Assembly (NCBI GenBank): GCA_017961705.1
Contig: JAGCWT010000113.1
Coordinates: 8,681 to 72,680, forward strand
From: Treponema sp.
Lineage (GTDB): Bacteria > Spirochaetota > Spirochaetia > Treponematales > Treponemataceae
Length of the DNA: 64,000 nucleotides
Reading direction: 5' to 3'
Of the stretch, positions 45,396 to 54,617 are shown in pieces. Below the pieces are notes generated by a model. That model was not told the DNA's origin. It worked only from the letters and a program-made list of their open reading frames with translations, and ran no database searches. How positions within the stretch are numbered: the first letter of the stretch is position 1; every line of letters begins with the position of its first letter. The position numbers and the translations under genes were made by a program.

Positions 45396-47366
45396 TTATT
45401 TTCCTAAAAATTCTTTTATAAGGTTGAATGCCTTGTCCATCCACTCTTTTGGTGCAACAGTTACGCGCATTGCAAGCTGTCCGTTTTCCGTCCACAGGCG
45501 TACGAGGATGCCATTCTGCGCAAGGTAGTCCTTGAGCTTTTGCGTGTCTATTGAATTGTCAAAATGAATGAAGACAAAGTTTGCGGCAGATTTGAATGCC
45601 TTTACGTTTGCAAGCGTATTCATCTGGGCAATAAAGTTGTCCCTTATTTGGGCGGTTGTCTTTGTAAGGTTATCGTAATAAGCCTTGTCCTGCAAAGCGG
45701 CGACTGCTGCCTTTCTGCCGAGGTTGCTTACGCGGAAGGGGTTAAGATCCAGTTTGAAGACCTGCTTTGCCATTGGTGCGCACAGTCCGTAGCCAATGCG
45801 GACTCCTGCAAGGCCATAGAGTTTGGAGAAGGTTCGGCAGAAGACAACGTTGTTGTAGGAGTTCAAGAGGTGCTTTGCGTCGATTTTTTCGGAAGAGAAT
45901 CCCAAGTAGGCTTCGTCTATGATTACCAGAGAAGACGGGTTCTGCTTTACGATTTTTTCTACATCGGTCTGGCTCATGACTGCGCCGGTCGGGTTGTGGG
46001 GTGTCGTAATTACGATGATTCTTGGGTTCGTTTCGCGGGCCTTTGATAGGAGGCCTTTTACGTCAAATTCGTATGAATCTTTGCCGGGCTTGATTTCGTA
46101 GTATGCGGCCTTTGCAAAGTGGAGTTCCACTACGGACTTGTAGTAGTTCCATGCGGGGGCGGAAATGAGTACCGTGTCGTCCTTGTTGAGTACAAGGGTC
46201 ATTATTGTCTTTATGACATCGGATGAACCTGAGTGGACAAAAATGTTGTCTGTAGGAAGGTCCAGCATCTTTGAGACTTCAAGGGCAAGTTCATCTTCGC
46301 GGGTAAGGTCGTAAAGGCACAAGTCTTCCATCTTGGCATTGTGGAAAACTTCAAGGCATTTTGGGGATGCACCAAAGAGGTTTTCGTTTACGTGCATGCG
46401 GCCTGTAAGCTGTTCTGTTGCGACTACTGAGTACTGCTTAACGTCTGTGTAGTTTGAAAGGTAGGAGATGCGCTGGGTGCTGTTTACGAATTCTTCTTCC
46501 TGGAAGAACTGGTTTACAAATTCCTTGAAGCTTGGGTTGAATTCGATGATTTCTTCCGTTGTGTCGAATTCCTTGCATTCAGCATCTGTTGTCTTGCGGA
46601 TTTTCATGTTGAGTACATCGATGTGCTTTGCATAGAAGTGGTCCCAAAGCATGTACTTCATTTCTGGATCGTAATATTCCTTAACCATAAGGTCTTTGAA
46701 GGTGTCGGAAAAGTCTTTGCGCCAGAATGATTCGCCTATGATGTACCAGCTTTTTTCACCGCCGCGCTTTACTTCGCGCATGTAGCCGTTTTTGTCAAAA
46801 GCCTTTACGCAGTCTTCATTGATGAATTCATCAGAATATTTGGCGGCATAGTATGAGTCGTAAACGTAGTCGCGGTAGACGTTGTGGGCAAACCAGTTGT
46901 CCGAGCAGCAGATGTAGGAATTTTTTATATAGTCCTTTGCGGCATACAAAGAAGATATGTTGTTTTTTTCCTGCCATTCTTCGTTGTCGATTACAATCAG
47001 TTCAGGATATTTTTTTGCCATTTCGTAGTATTTTTCTTTTAGATAGCCTACGACGATTACGATTTCTTTGATTCCCGCATCGTGCATCTGCTTAATCTGG
47101 CGCTCAACCATTGTGTCGCCCCTTATTTCGAACAGGCCTTTTGGAAGGTAGTTGGAAAGGGGCATGCATCTTCTGGAGCGTCCTGCCGCCATAATGATTG
47201 CATTGTCTACTTTATATGGAGCAAGTGCTTCGTAGCCTGAATCTGTGATTTTATTGCCGTCAGTCCAGCCGTTCTTTTGGCAAGCCTGCTTGAGTTCATC
47301 AGAAAAAGATGAGGTGTCATTCCTTTTGTGGACTGCATACAAATATTCAAATTCCTGTTCGGTCAT
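45396..47366 (-). CDS. Fusion of LicC-like sugar/alcohol-phosphate cytidylyltransferase and class I/II PLP enzyme (HisC/CobD-like)
   Basis: NAIIMAAGRSRR..PKGL, VVGY, NNISSL, CSDN; then NEN, PHNPTG, IIDEAY, RTFSKLYGLAGVRIGY. Confidence 0.88.
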   Translation of the reverse strand: MTEQEFEYLYAVHKRNDTSSFSDELKQACQKNGWTDGNKITDSGYEALAPYKVDNAIIMAAGRSRRCMPLSNYLPKGLFEIRGDTMVERQIKQMHDAGIKEIVIVVGYLKEKYYEMAKKYPELIVIDNEEWQEKNNISSLYAAKDYIKNSYICCSDNWFAHNVYRDYVYDSYYAAKYSDEFINEDCVKAFDKNGYMREVKRGGEKSWYIIGESFWRKDFSDTFKDLMVKEYYDPEMKYMLWDHFYAKHIDVLNMKIRKTTDAECKEFDTTEEIIEFNPSFKEFVNQFFQEEEFVNSTQRISYLSNYTDVKQYSVVATEQLTGRMHVNENLFGASPKCLEVFHNAKMEDLCLYDLTREDELALEVSKMLDLPTDNIFVHSGSSDVIKTIMTLVLNKDDTVLISAPAWNYYKSVVELHFAKAAYYEIKPGKDSYEFDVKGLLSKARETNPRIIVITTPHNPTGAVMSQTDVEKIVKQNPSSLVIIDEAYLGFSSEKIDAKHLLNSYNNVVFCRTFSKLYGLAGVRIGYGLCAPMAKQVFKLDLNPFRVSNLGRKAAVAALQDKAYYDNLTKTTAQIRDNFIAQMNTLANVKAFKSAANFVFIHFDNSIDTQKLKDYLAQNGILVRLWTENGQLAMRVTVAPKEWMDKAFNLIKEFLGK

Positions 47367-47427
47367 AGTTTTTTTCTCCTGTATATTTAAGGCATAAAGA
47401 TGCCCTTATATTCTACTCCTATTTTAA

Positions 47428-50151
47428 TTAGTTTTCAATATTAGCTTCTGTCCAGCTGGATGCCTTAAGAACGTCGTCTTTTACACGCCACCACTGGTTT
47501 TTGCGGACCGGGAAGGTGTAGTCGCCCTGCATTAGCCAAGCCTGATGCACGTCACTGCAGCTTATTATGACGCCGTCTTTTTTTATGGAAGAAGTGTCCA
47601 GCGGTATTTTTTTGTTTGTAAATGGGTTTACCGGGTCTTCCACGATTCCGTTCAGGGCAATAGATGGAACGTCTCCATTTGTCATGAAAGTTCCGTCGGT
47701 TTTTAGGGAGCCTGTCTGGTTAAAGTCTTTTACCATAAGCAGGGGGTGGAAATGTCCGCGGCCAGTGTACCTGTCGCCGGCAATTTTTTCGTCCAGGGCA
47801 TCGTCTTTTTCCATGCAGTCTTCATAAGTTGTACGGCTGTGGTCAGCTGCTATTATGATGCGGGTGTTGTCGTAAACGCCCTGCTGCTTTAGGTAGTCAA
47901 GCCACTTTGCAATCTGTTTGAATGCCGCCATGTTTGTATGGTAGGCCTCTTCATTCTTAAAGCGGCTCTGGCCCTTGTTTGTAATTTTTTCTGAAGGAAC
48001 ATAGTCTGGTGCCTGCATGAAAGTGGATGAATGGGTAAGTTCATTTACAATGCAGATGTAGGAGCCCGAATTGGATTCTTCCGTAACTGTTAGTTCTGGG
48101 AGGAAAGAGAGGGGGGCATAGTTGTCTATTATGTTTGTGTAAGATGTAACGTTGTCGTCCGTGTTCCAGTACTTTCCCTGCTGATAGATTATTTCCCTTA
48201 CGATTGCGGGGCTTGTTCGGAAAAAGCTAAAGAAGAGCATGTTGCGCTTTAAGAGTTTTTCCGTGTTGTCAAGTCCGGAGGATTCGCGGTGGGCTTTGTA
48301 CCAGGCGCTTGAATATTTGCCAATTGTCTGGTAACCGGAAATTTTTTCGTAGGGGTCTGTTATTGTAAGGTCTGCATAGGCATTGTAGTTTGCCCAAGAA
48401 GGGTCTGTTATGGTTGCGGAAAAGTCTGCCTGTTCTGTAAAAATGCGGGGCAAAAGCAGCAGGGCTTCGTTGTTCTTTTTGTAGAGAAGTTCGTCTTTTC
48501 TTTTGTTCATCTCCAAGGGGGCATATTCGTATCCGCCGTAAACAAGGGGGGCTCCCATTAGCGTGTGGCCGTTAAAAGAGAGTGTGTTCTTGTAAAGGGT
48601 AAAGCCGGAGAATGATTCGTTAAAAGAAGGGTCTTCCTTGAACATTTCTTCCGCATACTGGTTTTCCGACCGGTCAAGCATAAAGACTATGACGTTCTGC
48701 TTGTTTTTTGAAAGCTTAAAAATCGGTTCTATTTTTGCAGAGTCGGTTCCGCTTATCTGGAGGAATTCCTTGTACTGCTTTTGAATCGTTGCTGTGTTTA
48801 TAAGGGCCAAAGCTGTAACGGCAAAGATTAGAAGCGAAGTTAGGCTGCAGTGGATTTTTGCCTTCTTGAAAGGAATTGTGAATACTATTGCAAGGAGCAG
48901 AGCAGCCAATACAAAGAGGTTCAGCAGGCTTGGCATTGAAATAGTTCTGAAGTTTACCGCATTCAGGAAGGTGAGCGTTGCGGAGACATCCCCATAGTTC
49001 AGCATAAAGAAGAATGAATTTACAATGGCACTTGCGGCTATCCAGCACATAAACGCAGAAAGCAAAGTCTGAATCTTTTTGTTGAAGAGGAAGTAGACGC
49101 ACAAAGGCCAGAAGAGGAAAAATCCTGCCGACTGGGTTAAAACCGTCTTTATGTAAAAGAGGGGATTTGGATGTTCGCCGAGCCCTGAAAATTCAATTGG
49201 TGAAGAGGAAACCAAGGCCGCCGGAATGGAAAGGCCTGCAAGTACAAAAAGCAGGACGCAGGAAAGGATGTAGAGGGAATTCCTTGTTTTTCTTGATTCA
49301 GCAAGAACTTTGAGCGGGCCTCCGATAAGCTTGTTTGCAAAACGGATAAAGACTGGGGCTAGGAATATGCAGGCAAATACCAGCATTGCCACCAGGGTGT
49401 AGGAGAATTTTATCTTTAGCCTAAACAATATGTAGGCAAGGAGTATTACGCAGATTGCACAGCATAGAATCCAGAATTTCTTGAGGGGGTTCTTGAGTTT
49501 GTAGAAGATGTTTTTTACCAGGCTGAATATGTTGTTGAATGTCCAGTAAAGAACAAGGCCTGCCGGTGAGTCATAAAGAATGATAAGGAAGATGGCCGCC
49601 ATTATATAAATCTGAAGCTTTTCCCTAAGCCCGTGACCCTTTGAATAAATTGCGCCGGATATGCAGTTTATTAGCGTCATTGCGATTGGCAAGATGTTTA
49701 CGGAAAATGCCCCTATTGAAAACAAGGCGTCCGGTGCACCCATGTCGCGGATGAAGAGGAAGCTTTCTCCGTTCAAGTCGCTAAGATGAGAAAGATAGCT
49801 GTAAGCGGCAAGGAAAAAGGGAACCTGAATTAAAAGGCCGAATGATGAGCGTAGTGCCATAATTGGGCTGTAATGCTGCTGGCGGTAGAAAGTGGACGTC
49901 ATCATGTAGCGTTCATCGCCAGAAAATGCCTTTTTTATGCGTTCAAGCCCGGCTTTCATTTTGCCCTGTTTTTCGCGCTCAACTTCCTGCCAGTGTTCGG
50001 CAACGGCATAAAGCGGAAGGCAAAGGATTGTAATTCCAACGGAAACACAAATAACTGCCAGTCCTTCGTTATGGAAAAATTTCTTGGAAATGGCATAGAT
50101 AATTTCTATTATTGTATAGAGAGGATAGATTATCAGGTTGTATAGCAGCAT
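47428..50151 (-). CDS. YidC/Oxa1-like domain fused via TM region to an LtaS/EptA-like (alkaline phosphatase superfamily) domain
   Basis: LCLPLY, LLIQVPFF, FLFIRDMGAPD, NILPI, PAGLVLYWTFNNIFS; then NVIVFMLD, GHT, ELTH, YDNTRIIIAADH. Confidence 0.85.
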   Translation of the reverse strand: MLLYNLIIYPLYTIIEIIYAISKKFFHNEGLAVICVSVGITILCLPLYAVAEHWQEVEREKQGKMKAGLERIKKAFSGDERYMMTSTFYRQQHYSPIMALRSSFGLLIQVPFFLAAYSYLSHLSDLNGESFLFIRDMGAPDALFSIGAFSVNILPIAMTLINCISGAIYSKGHGLREKLQIYIMAAIFLIILYDSPAGLVLYWTFNNIFSLVKNIFYKLKNPLKKFWILCCAICVILLAYILFRLKIKFSYTLVAMLVFACIFLAPVFIRFANKLIGGPLKVLAESRKTRNSLYILSCVLLFVLAGLSIPAALVSSSPIEFSGLGEHPNPLFYIKTVLTQSAGFFLFWPLCVYFLFNKKIQTLLSAFMCWIAASAIVNSFFFMLNYGDVSATLTFLNAVNFRTISMPSLLNLFVLAALLLAIVFTIPFKKAKIHCSLTSLLIFAVTALALINTATIQKQYKEFLQISGTDSAKIEPIFKLSKNKQNVIVFMLDRSENQYAEEMFKEDPSFNESFSGFTLYKNTLSFNGHTLMGAPLVYGGYEYAPLEMNKRKDELLYKKNNEALLLLPRIFTEQADFSATITDPSWANYNAYADLTITDPYEKISGYQTIGKYSSAWYKAHRESSGLDNTEKLLKRNMLFFSFFRTSPAIVREIIYQQGKYWNTDDNVTSYTNIIDNYAPLSFLPELTVTEESNSGSYICIVNELTHSSTFMQAPDYVPSEKITNKGQSRFKNEEAYHTNMAAFKQIAKWLDYLKQQGVYDNTRIIIAADHSRTTYEDCMEKDDALDEKIAGDRYTGRGHFHPLLMVKDFNQTGSLKTDGTFMTNGDVPSIALNGIVEDPVNPFTNKKIPLDTSSIKKDGVIISCSDVHQAWLMQGDYTFPVRKNQWWRVKDDVLKASSWTEANIEN

Positions 50152-50153
50152 AT

Positions 50154-52847
50154 TTATTCTCCAAACGGGAAAATTTGTTTCCAGTTTTCGTTTTTTGTTA
50201 TGTCTCCGCTTACCGTATACCAGTCGTCATTAGAGATAATCAACTTTGTATGCTCACGGTTACGCGTACTTTCTGCATTTGGGTGACAAATTTTTACGAA
50301 TTCATCTTTGTTGGGAAGGTCGTATTCAAGCCCAGTGAAGGGATTTTTTGCGTTCGGGAAAATATCCCTTGTTGCAATTGCCGGGGTGTCTGCATTTGTC
50401 ATAAAAGAGAAGTCCTTTGTAAGGTGGATTCCGTCCGGGCTGGGGCGGCGGTCGTTAAAGTCTTTTACGATAAGGCTTGCAGTTACGCTTTCTTTTGGAT
50501 AGGGCGGCTTGTCGGACTTTTCAAATTTGCCTGTGTCAATGTATGTTCCGTGGTCAGAGACTATGATGATGCGGGTATTGTCGTACAGGTCGTTTTCTTT
50601 TAGCCAGTCAAAGAATTTTGCATAGCAGCGCAAGGTTCCTGCCTGTGTGTTGTACTGGGCGTTTTTTGCCCATTTTGAAGGACCTGTCTGCGTAACATCT
50701 TTTACCGGTATGTAGTCCGGGTACTGAAGCCTGCTGGGTTCGTGAGTGGAAAGGTTGTCTATCATGGTGAAGGTGCTTTTTTCTGCTGAACCGTCAAACA
50801 TTTCCGGGAAATAGATAAGGCATGAATAGTTGTCTATAAACTGGGAGAAGTGGTCTTTGCGGCCGTTTGCATTCCACCAGCGCTTGTGATGGACCAAGCG
50901 TCTTAAAACTGGAGGGAAGGTCTTAAAAATACTGAACATGATGAAATTGTGCTTTATGCTTTCGCTTATGTAATTGGTCTTTTCTATGCCGTTTTGTTCA
51001 TACCAATAGTCTGAATATAGGCCTGTCGTTAAAACACGGTTTATGTCCGGGTAGTCTTTGTACATGTCGGTAACAGGTTCTTTGCCAAAGTTTTCGTAGG
51101 GCATGTCGGAAACAGTTGCTTCCCAGCCGTTTTCCATAAAAGTGACTGGCATGGAAAGGATAGATTCGTTGTGCTTTTTCTGCAAAGTTTCCGTATCCCT
51201 TTTGTTCATCTCTGCCGGAGTAAAGCTGTAGCCGCCAAATATTCCCGGTACGCCAACCATTGTAAGCGAACCAAAAGAAACAGTGTTAGGATAGAATACA
51301 AAGCCGTCAAAATGTTCCACCAGTTCCGGCTTTTCTTCAAACACTTCGTCTATGAGCGGAGAAAAGAGCCTGTCCTGCATAAAGACAATTACGTTTTTGC
51401 CTGTTTTGGAAAGATGGTACACAGGTTCAATCTTGGAAATTGTCTGCTTTTTTTCCATATTCAGGTAGGCCTTGCTGACAATTGAAATATTGCGCAAAGA
51501 AACGGTTGTTAGGCAGATTGCTGCAATGATAAAGATGGGCGAAAGTACTTTAGACTTTTTCGTAAGCACAAAAACTATGGCTGCAAAAGCTATAAGGGCT
51601 ATAAGGGCATTTAATGCGATTTGCCACAATGGTGCCGAGAAAAACTGTGCTTCCATAAAGTCAAGGTTTTCGGTAAGCGGTCCGTATGAACCGGTAAAGG
51701 CAAAGTTGTTAACGAGTGCATATACGGCAAGGAATGCTGCCATAAGAGTTAGGATTTTCTTTATCTTTTTTCCGAACAGGGCATAAAAACAGACTGGCCA
51801 AAATACGTAGAAGCCAAGTCCCTGGTAGAAGGCTGTCCTTAGGAATATGAAAGGAGACGTGTATTTGTCTACGTAGCAGAATTCCTGGGGCTCACTTTCT
51901 ATAAGCATGGAAGGAATCGTAAGGCCTGTTAAAAGGGCGATTGTTAGCGAAGAGAAAATGAATATGCAAAGCCTTGTCTTTGGGGACCGGTCTATGTCTG
52001 TAAGCATGTTGTCCAAAAGCCAGTTTACAGCCTTGATGATTAAAGGGGCAGCCGCAATGATGATGCAGATTAGGGCAAGCATTGCACGGAGTTCGATTTT
52101 TCTCTTCTGCATTGCAAATATGGCTACGAGTATACCGCAGATGCATGCCGCAAGTGCTATTCTGTAAAGCACTTTGACCGGATTCTTGAACTTGTAGAAG
52201 ACGTTTTTTACCAGGGAAAGCAGGTTGTTCATTGTCCAGTACATTACAAGTCCAGCCGGAGAATTGTAGAGTATTACAAGAAAGACCAGTGCGGAAACGT
52301 AAATCTGAATTTTCTCGCGTTTGTCTTTGTGGCCGTAGGAATAAATGGCACCGGAAACGCAGTTGATTATAGTCATTGCGATGGGAAGAACATTCACTGT
52401 GAATGAACCTATGGAAAACATTGCGTCTGGGCTGCCCATATCCCTTATGAACAGAAATTTTACTCCGTTAAGGTTGGGCAGGTGGGACAAGAATGAATAT
52501 GCCGCCATAAAAAAGGGAATCTGAATCAAAAGGCCGAATGAAGAGCGAAGGGCCATAATAGGGTGGTAATGGTGCTGGGTATAAAAAGCGTTCAGCATCA
52601 TGAATTGCTCGTCACCCTTGAATGCTTTTTTTATGCGCTTAACGCCGGGTCGCATGCTGTCTTCCAGAATTCTTTCTTTTTCCTGCCAAGATTCGGCTAT
52701 TATGTACAGCGGAAGGCAACAAAGCGTTACGACAAAGCTTAGTCCTATTACAGAAATTCCTGAACTTCTAGTTAGTTCTTCAAAAAAAAGGTAAAAAATT
52801 TCAAGAATTTGTTTTATAGGATAAATTACTAAATAATAGAAAAGCAT
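50154..52847 (-). CDS. Second YidC/Oxa1-LtaS/EptA-like fusion (tandem paralog)
   Basis: CCLPLY, LLIQIPFF, FLFIRDMGSPD, PAGLVMYWTMNNLLS; NVIVFMQD, SLT, STHEP, YDNTRIIIVSDHG. Confidence 0.85.
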   Translation of the reverse strand: MLFYYLVIYPIKQILEIFYLFFEELTRSSGISVIGLSFVVTLCCLPLYIIAESWQEKERILEDSMRPGVKRIKKAFKGDEQFMMLNAFYTQHHYHPIMALRSSFGLLIQIPFFMAAYSFLSHLPNLNGVKFLFIRDMGSPDAMFSIGSFTVNVLPIAMTIINCVSGAIYSYGHKDKREKIQIYVSALVFLVILYNSPAGLVMYWTMNNLLSLVKNVFYKFKNPVKVLYRIALAACICGILVAIFAMQKRKIELRAMLALICIIIAAAPLIIKAVNWLLDNMLTDIDRSPKTRLCIFIFSSLTIALLTGLTIPSMLIESEPQEFCYVDKYTSPFIFLRTAFYQGLGFYVFWPVCFYALFGKKIKKILTLMAAFLAVYALVNNFAFTGSYGPLTENLDFMEAQFFSAPLWQIALNALIALIAFAAIVFVLTKKSKVLSPIFIIAAICLTTVSLRNISIVSKAYLNMEKKQTISKIEPVYHLSKTGKNVIVFMQDRLFSPLIDEVFEEKPELVEHFDGFVFYPNTVSFGSLTMVGVPGIFGGYSFTPAEMNKRDTETLQKKHNESILSMPVTFMENGWEATVSDMPYENFGKEPVTDMYKDYPDINRVLTTGLYSDYWYEQNGIEKTNYISESIKHNFIMFSIFKTFPPVLRRLVHHKRWWNANGRKDHFSQFIDNYSCLIYFPEMFDGSAEKSTFTMIDNLSTHEPSRLQYPDYIPVKDVTQTGPSKWAKNAQYNTQAGTLRCYAKFFDWLKENDLYDNTRIIIVSDHGTYIDTGKFEKSDKPPYPKESVTASLIVKDFNDRRPSPDGIHLTKDFSFMTNADTPAIATRDIFPNAKNPFTGLEYDLPNKDEFVKICHPNAESTRNREHTKLIISNDDWYTVSGDITKNENWKQIFPFGE

Positions 52848-52853
52848 AGGAAT

Positions 52854-52882
52854 ATTATAGTAGTTTTTATTTTCACGTGCAA
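52854..52882 (-). promoter_or_regulatory. Promoter of the YidC-fusion operon (leaderless)
   Basis: TTGCAC-17 nt-TATAAT, 6 nt before ATG 52847; no Shine-Dalgarno sequence. Confidence 0.65.
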
Positions 52883-52967
52883 GCGAGGCTTTGGTTAGGT
52901 TTTTTTGTGCAAAAAATTTGCGTGTTTGTGTCAGTTTTTGAATTTTTAGGGGCTATATATAGTATGG

Positions 52968-54023
52968 ATGGAAAATATGAAAAAAATACTTTTGGTTTTG
53001 ATGCATGTTGTTTTGCTTGCCCTTTGTTTTGGCGGCTGTTCGCTCGGTGATGCGGATGGTGAAGCAAGCAGGTCGGAAAGAAGAAGGGCTTCGGCCAGGG
53101 AGCTTGGCAGCAGGCAGAAGCTTAGGGTTGCAAACTGGAATGTCCAGACATTTTTTGACAGCACAACAAGCGGTCTTGAATATGATGAATTCAAGAAAGA
53201 CGGAAGCTGGGGACAGGAAGCATACACTGTGCGCCTTGAGCGTCTTTGCCAAGTGATAAAGGCTTTGGATGCGGACGTTTTTGTAATGGAAGAAATTGAA
53301 AACGAAGGCGTTATGATGGACATAAGCAATTTTTTGGCAGGGGAATGGGACAAGAAGAAGGTCTATGCCTACGGTTGCTTTGCAAAGGATTTTGGTGGTG
53401 CAATTGGGTGCGGAGTGCTTTCACGCTGGCCTGTAAGCGGGCTAACCGTTCACGGGGTGGATTTTCGTAAGCAAAAGTCTGATATGCCAAGGATGAGGCC
53501 TTTGATGCAGCTTTCGGTTTGCAAAGGTAGCCGTATGCTTACTCTTATGGTCAACCACTGGAAGAGCATGAGCGGGGGTGAAAATGCAACGGAGAAGTGG
53601 CGCAATCTTCAGGAGTCGGTTCTTTCGCGGAAGGTTGGGGAAGAGCTGGCTCTTGGCAAGGCTGTCTTGTGCTGCGGAGACTTTAACCGCGATATTGGAA
53701 AATTCAAAAAGGGAGGGGATAGCGGGACAATCCTTTTGAGGGAACTTGCTTTTGGAAAACAAAATGACTTTGGGGTAGAGGTGCTAAGCCCTTGGTATGA
53801 TTTTTCTCAAAGCCTTGTTGAACCGGGGAGCTATTACTTTAACGGCGAATGGTCGCGCATAGACCAGTTTTTTTATGCGGGTGATGCTGAAGTTGAATAT
53901 TTTGAAGCTGCCGCCTCCGAACCATGGAGTGAAGGGGAAAGTAAAATTCCCAAGAAGTACAAGATTTGGAACGGAAGCGGCTTTAGTGACCATCTGCCGA
54001 TAGTCTGCGAAGTGTCTTTTTAG
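52968..54023 (+). CDS. Endonuclease/exonuclease/phosphatase-family lipoprotein (probable extracellular nuclease)
   Basis: Lipobox FGGC; NWNV, EEIE, NHWKS, GDFN, IDQ, SDHLP. Confidence 0.88.
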   Translation: MENMKKILLVLMHVVLLALCFGGCSLGDADGEASRSERRRASARELGSRQKLRVANWNVQTFFDSTTSGLEYDEFKKDGSWGQEAYTVRLERLCQVIKALDADVFVMEEIENEGVMMDISNFLAGEWDKKKVYAYGCFAKDFGGAIGCGVLSRWPVSGLTVHGVDFRKQKSDMPRMRPLMQLSVCKGSRMLTLMVNHWKSMSGGENATEKWRNLQESVLSRKVGEELALGKAVLCCGDFNRDIGKFKKGGDSGTILLRELAFGKQNDFGVEVLSPWYDFSQSLVEPGSYYFNGEWSRIDQFFYAGDAEVEYFEAAASEPWSEGESKIPKKYKIWNGSGFSDHLPIVCEVSF

Positions 54024-54505
54024 TACTTGTAGATGCCGTAAATTGTTGTTGCGTTCTTGGAAATCATCATTGCCAAGGTGTTCAGGATTGCGGTGGAGGA
54101 AGACAAGTCCAGCGTAATGCCAGAGCCGTCTTTTGCCGTGTTGTAGGTAAGGGTGCATTTTTTGCCGGATGCTTTTTGCATTGCTGCCTGAATTGCCCTA
54201 CAGCTTGAAGTGAATTTGAGGATAGGCTGAATGCTTGAGGAATCTGGTGTGCCTACAAAAGTGAATGAAGTTTCTCCGGTGTAGGAAGCGTCCAAAGCCT
54301 TGAAGCCTGCCTGTGCAAGGATTCCGCCAGCATCGTCTGTGGGGCAGTTGTCGTACATTTTGATTGTGACTTTTTCGCCCTGCTTGTTGCTTCCTCCCTG
54401 GGAACTTCCGCTGCTACCGGAAGAATTTGTGGTTGCGCAGCTTGAAAGAGCGAAAATGAAAGAAATAGCTGCTACTGCAGCCAAAACGAGTGTTGCTTTC
54501 TTCAT
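54020..54505 (-). CDS. Small lipoprotein of unknown function
   Basis: Lipobox LSSC; Ser/Gly linker; GGAG RBS. Confidence 0.8.
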   Translation of the reverse strand: MKKATLVLAAVAAISFIFALSSCATTNSSGSSGSSQGGSNKQGEKVTIKMYDNCPTDDAGGILAQAGFKALDASYTGETSFTFVGTPDSSSIQPILKFTSSCRAIQAAMQKASGKKCTLTYNTAKDGSGITLDLSSSTAILNTLAMMISKNATTIYGIYKY

Positions 54506-54617
54506 GAAAAAACTCCTTAAAGGGCATTGGGCATGGGAATGCTTAGACCTTTCTTAAATAATAAGACCTTTATTGTAATTTCGCAAGCATTAATTGCAAA
54601 AAGGCATAAGGAGAATG

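Noticed and set aside
47428-52847. Calling these housekeeping yidC or true sulfatases
   Set aside because: They are ~900 aa, lack rnpA/jag context and the TM1 Arg, and have Thr rather than a CxPxR/SxPxR motif.
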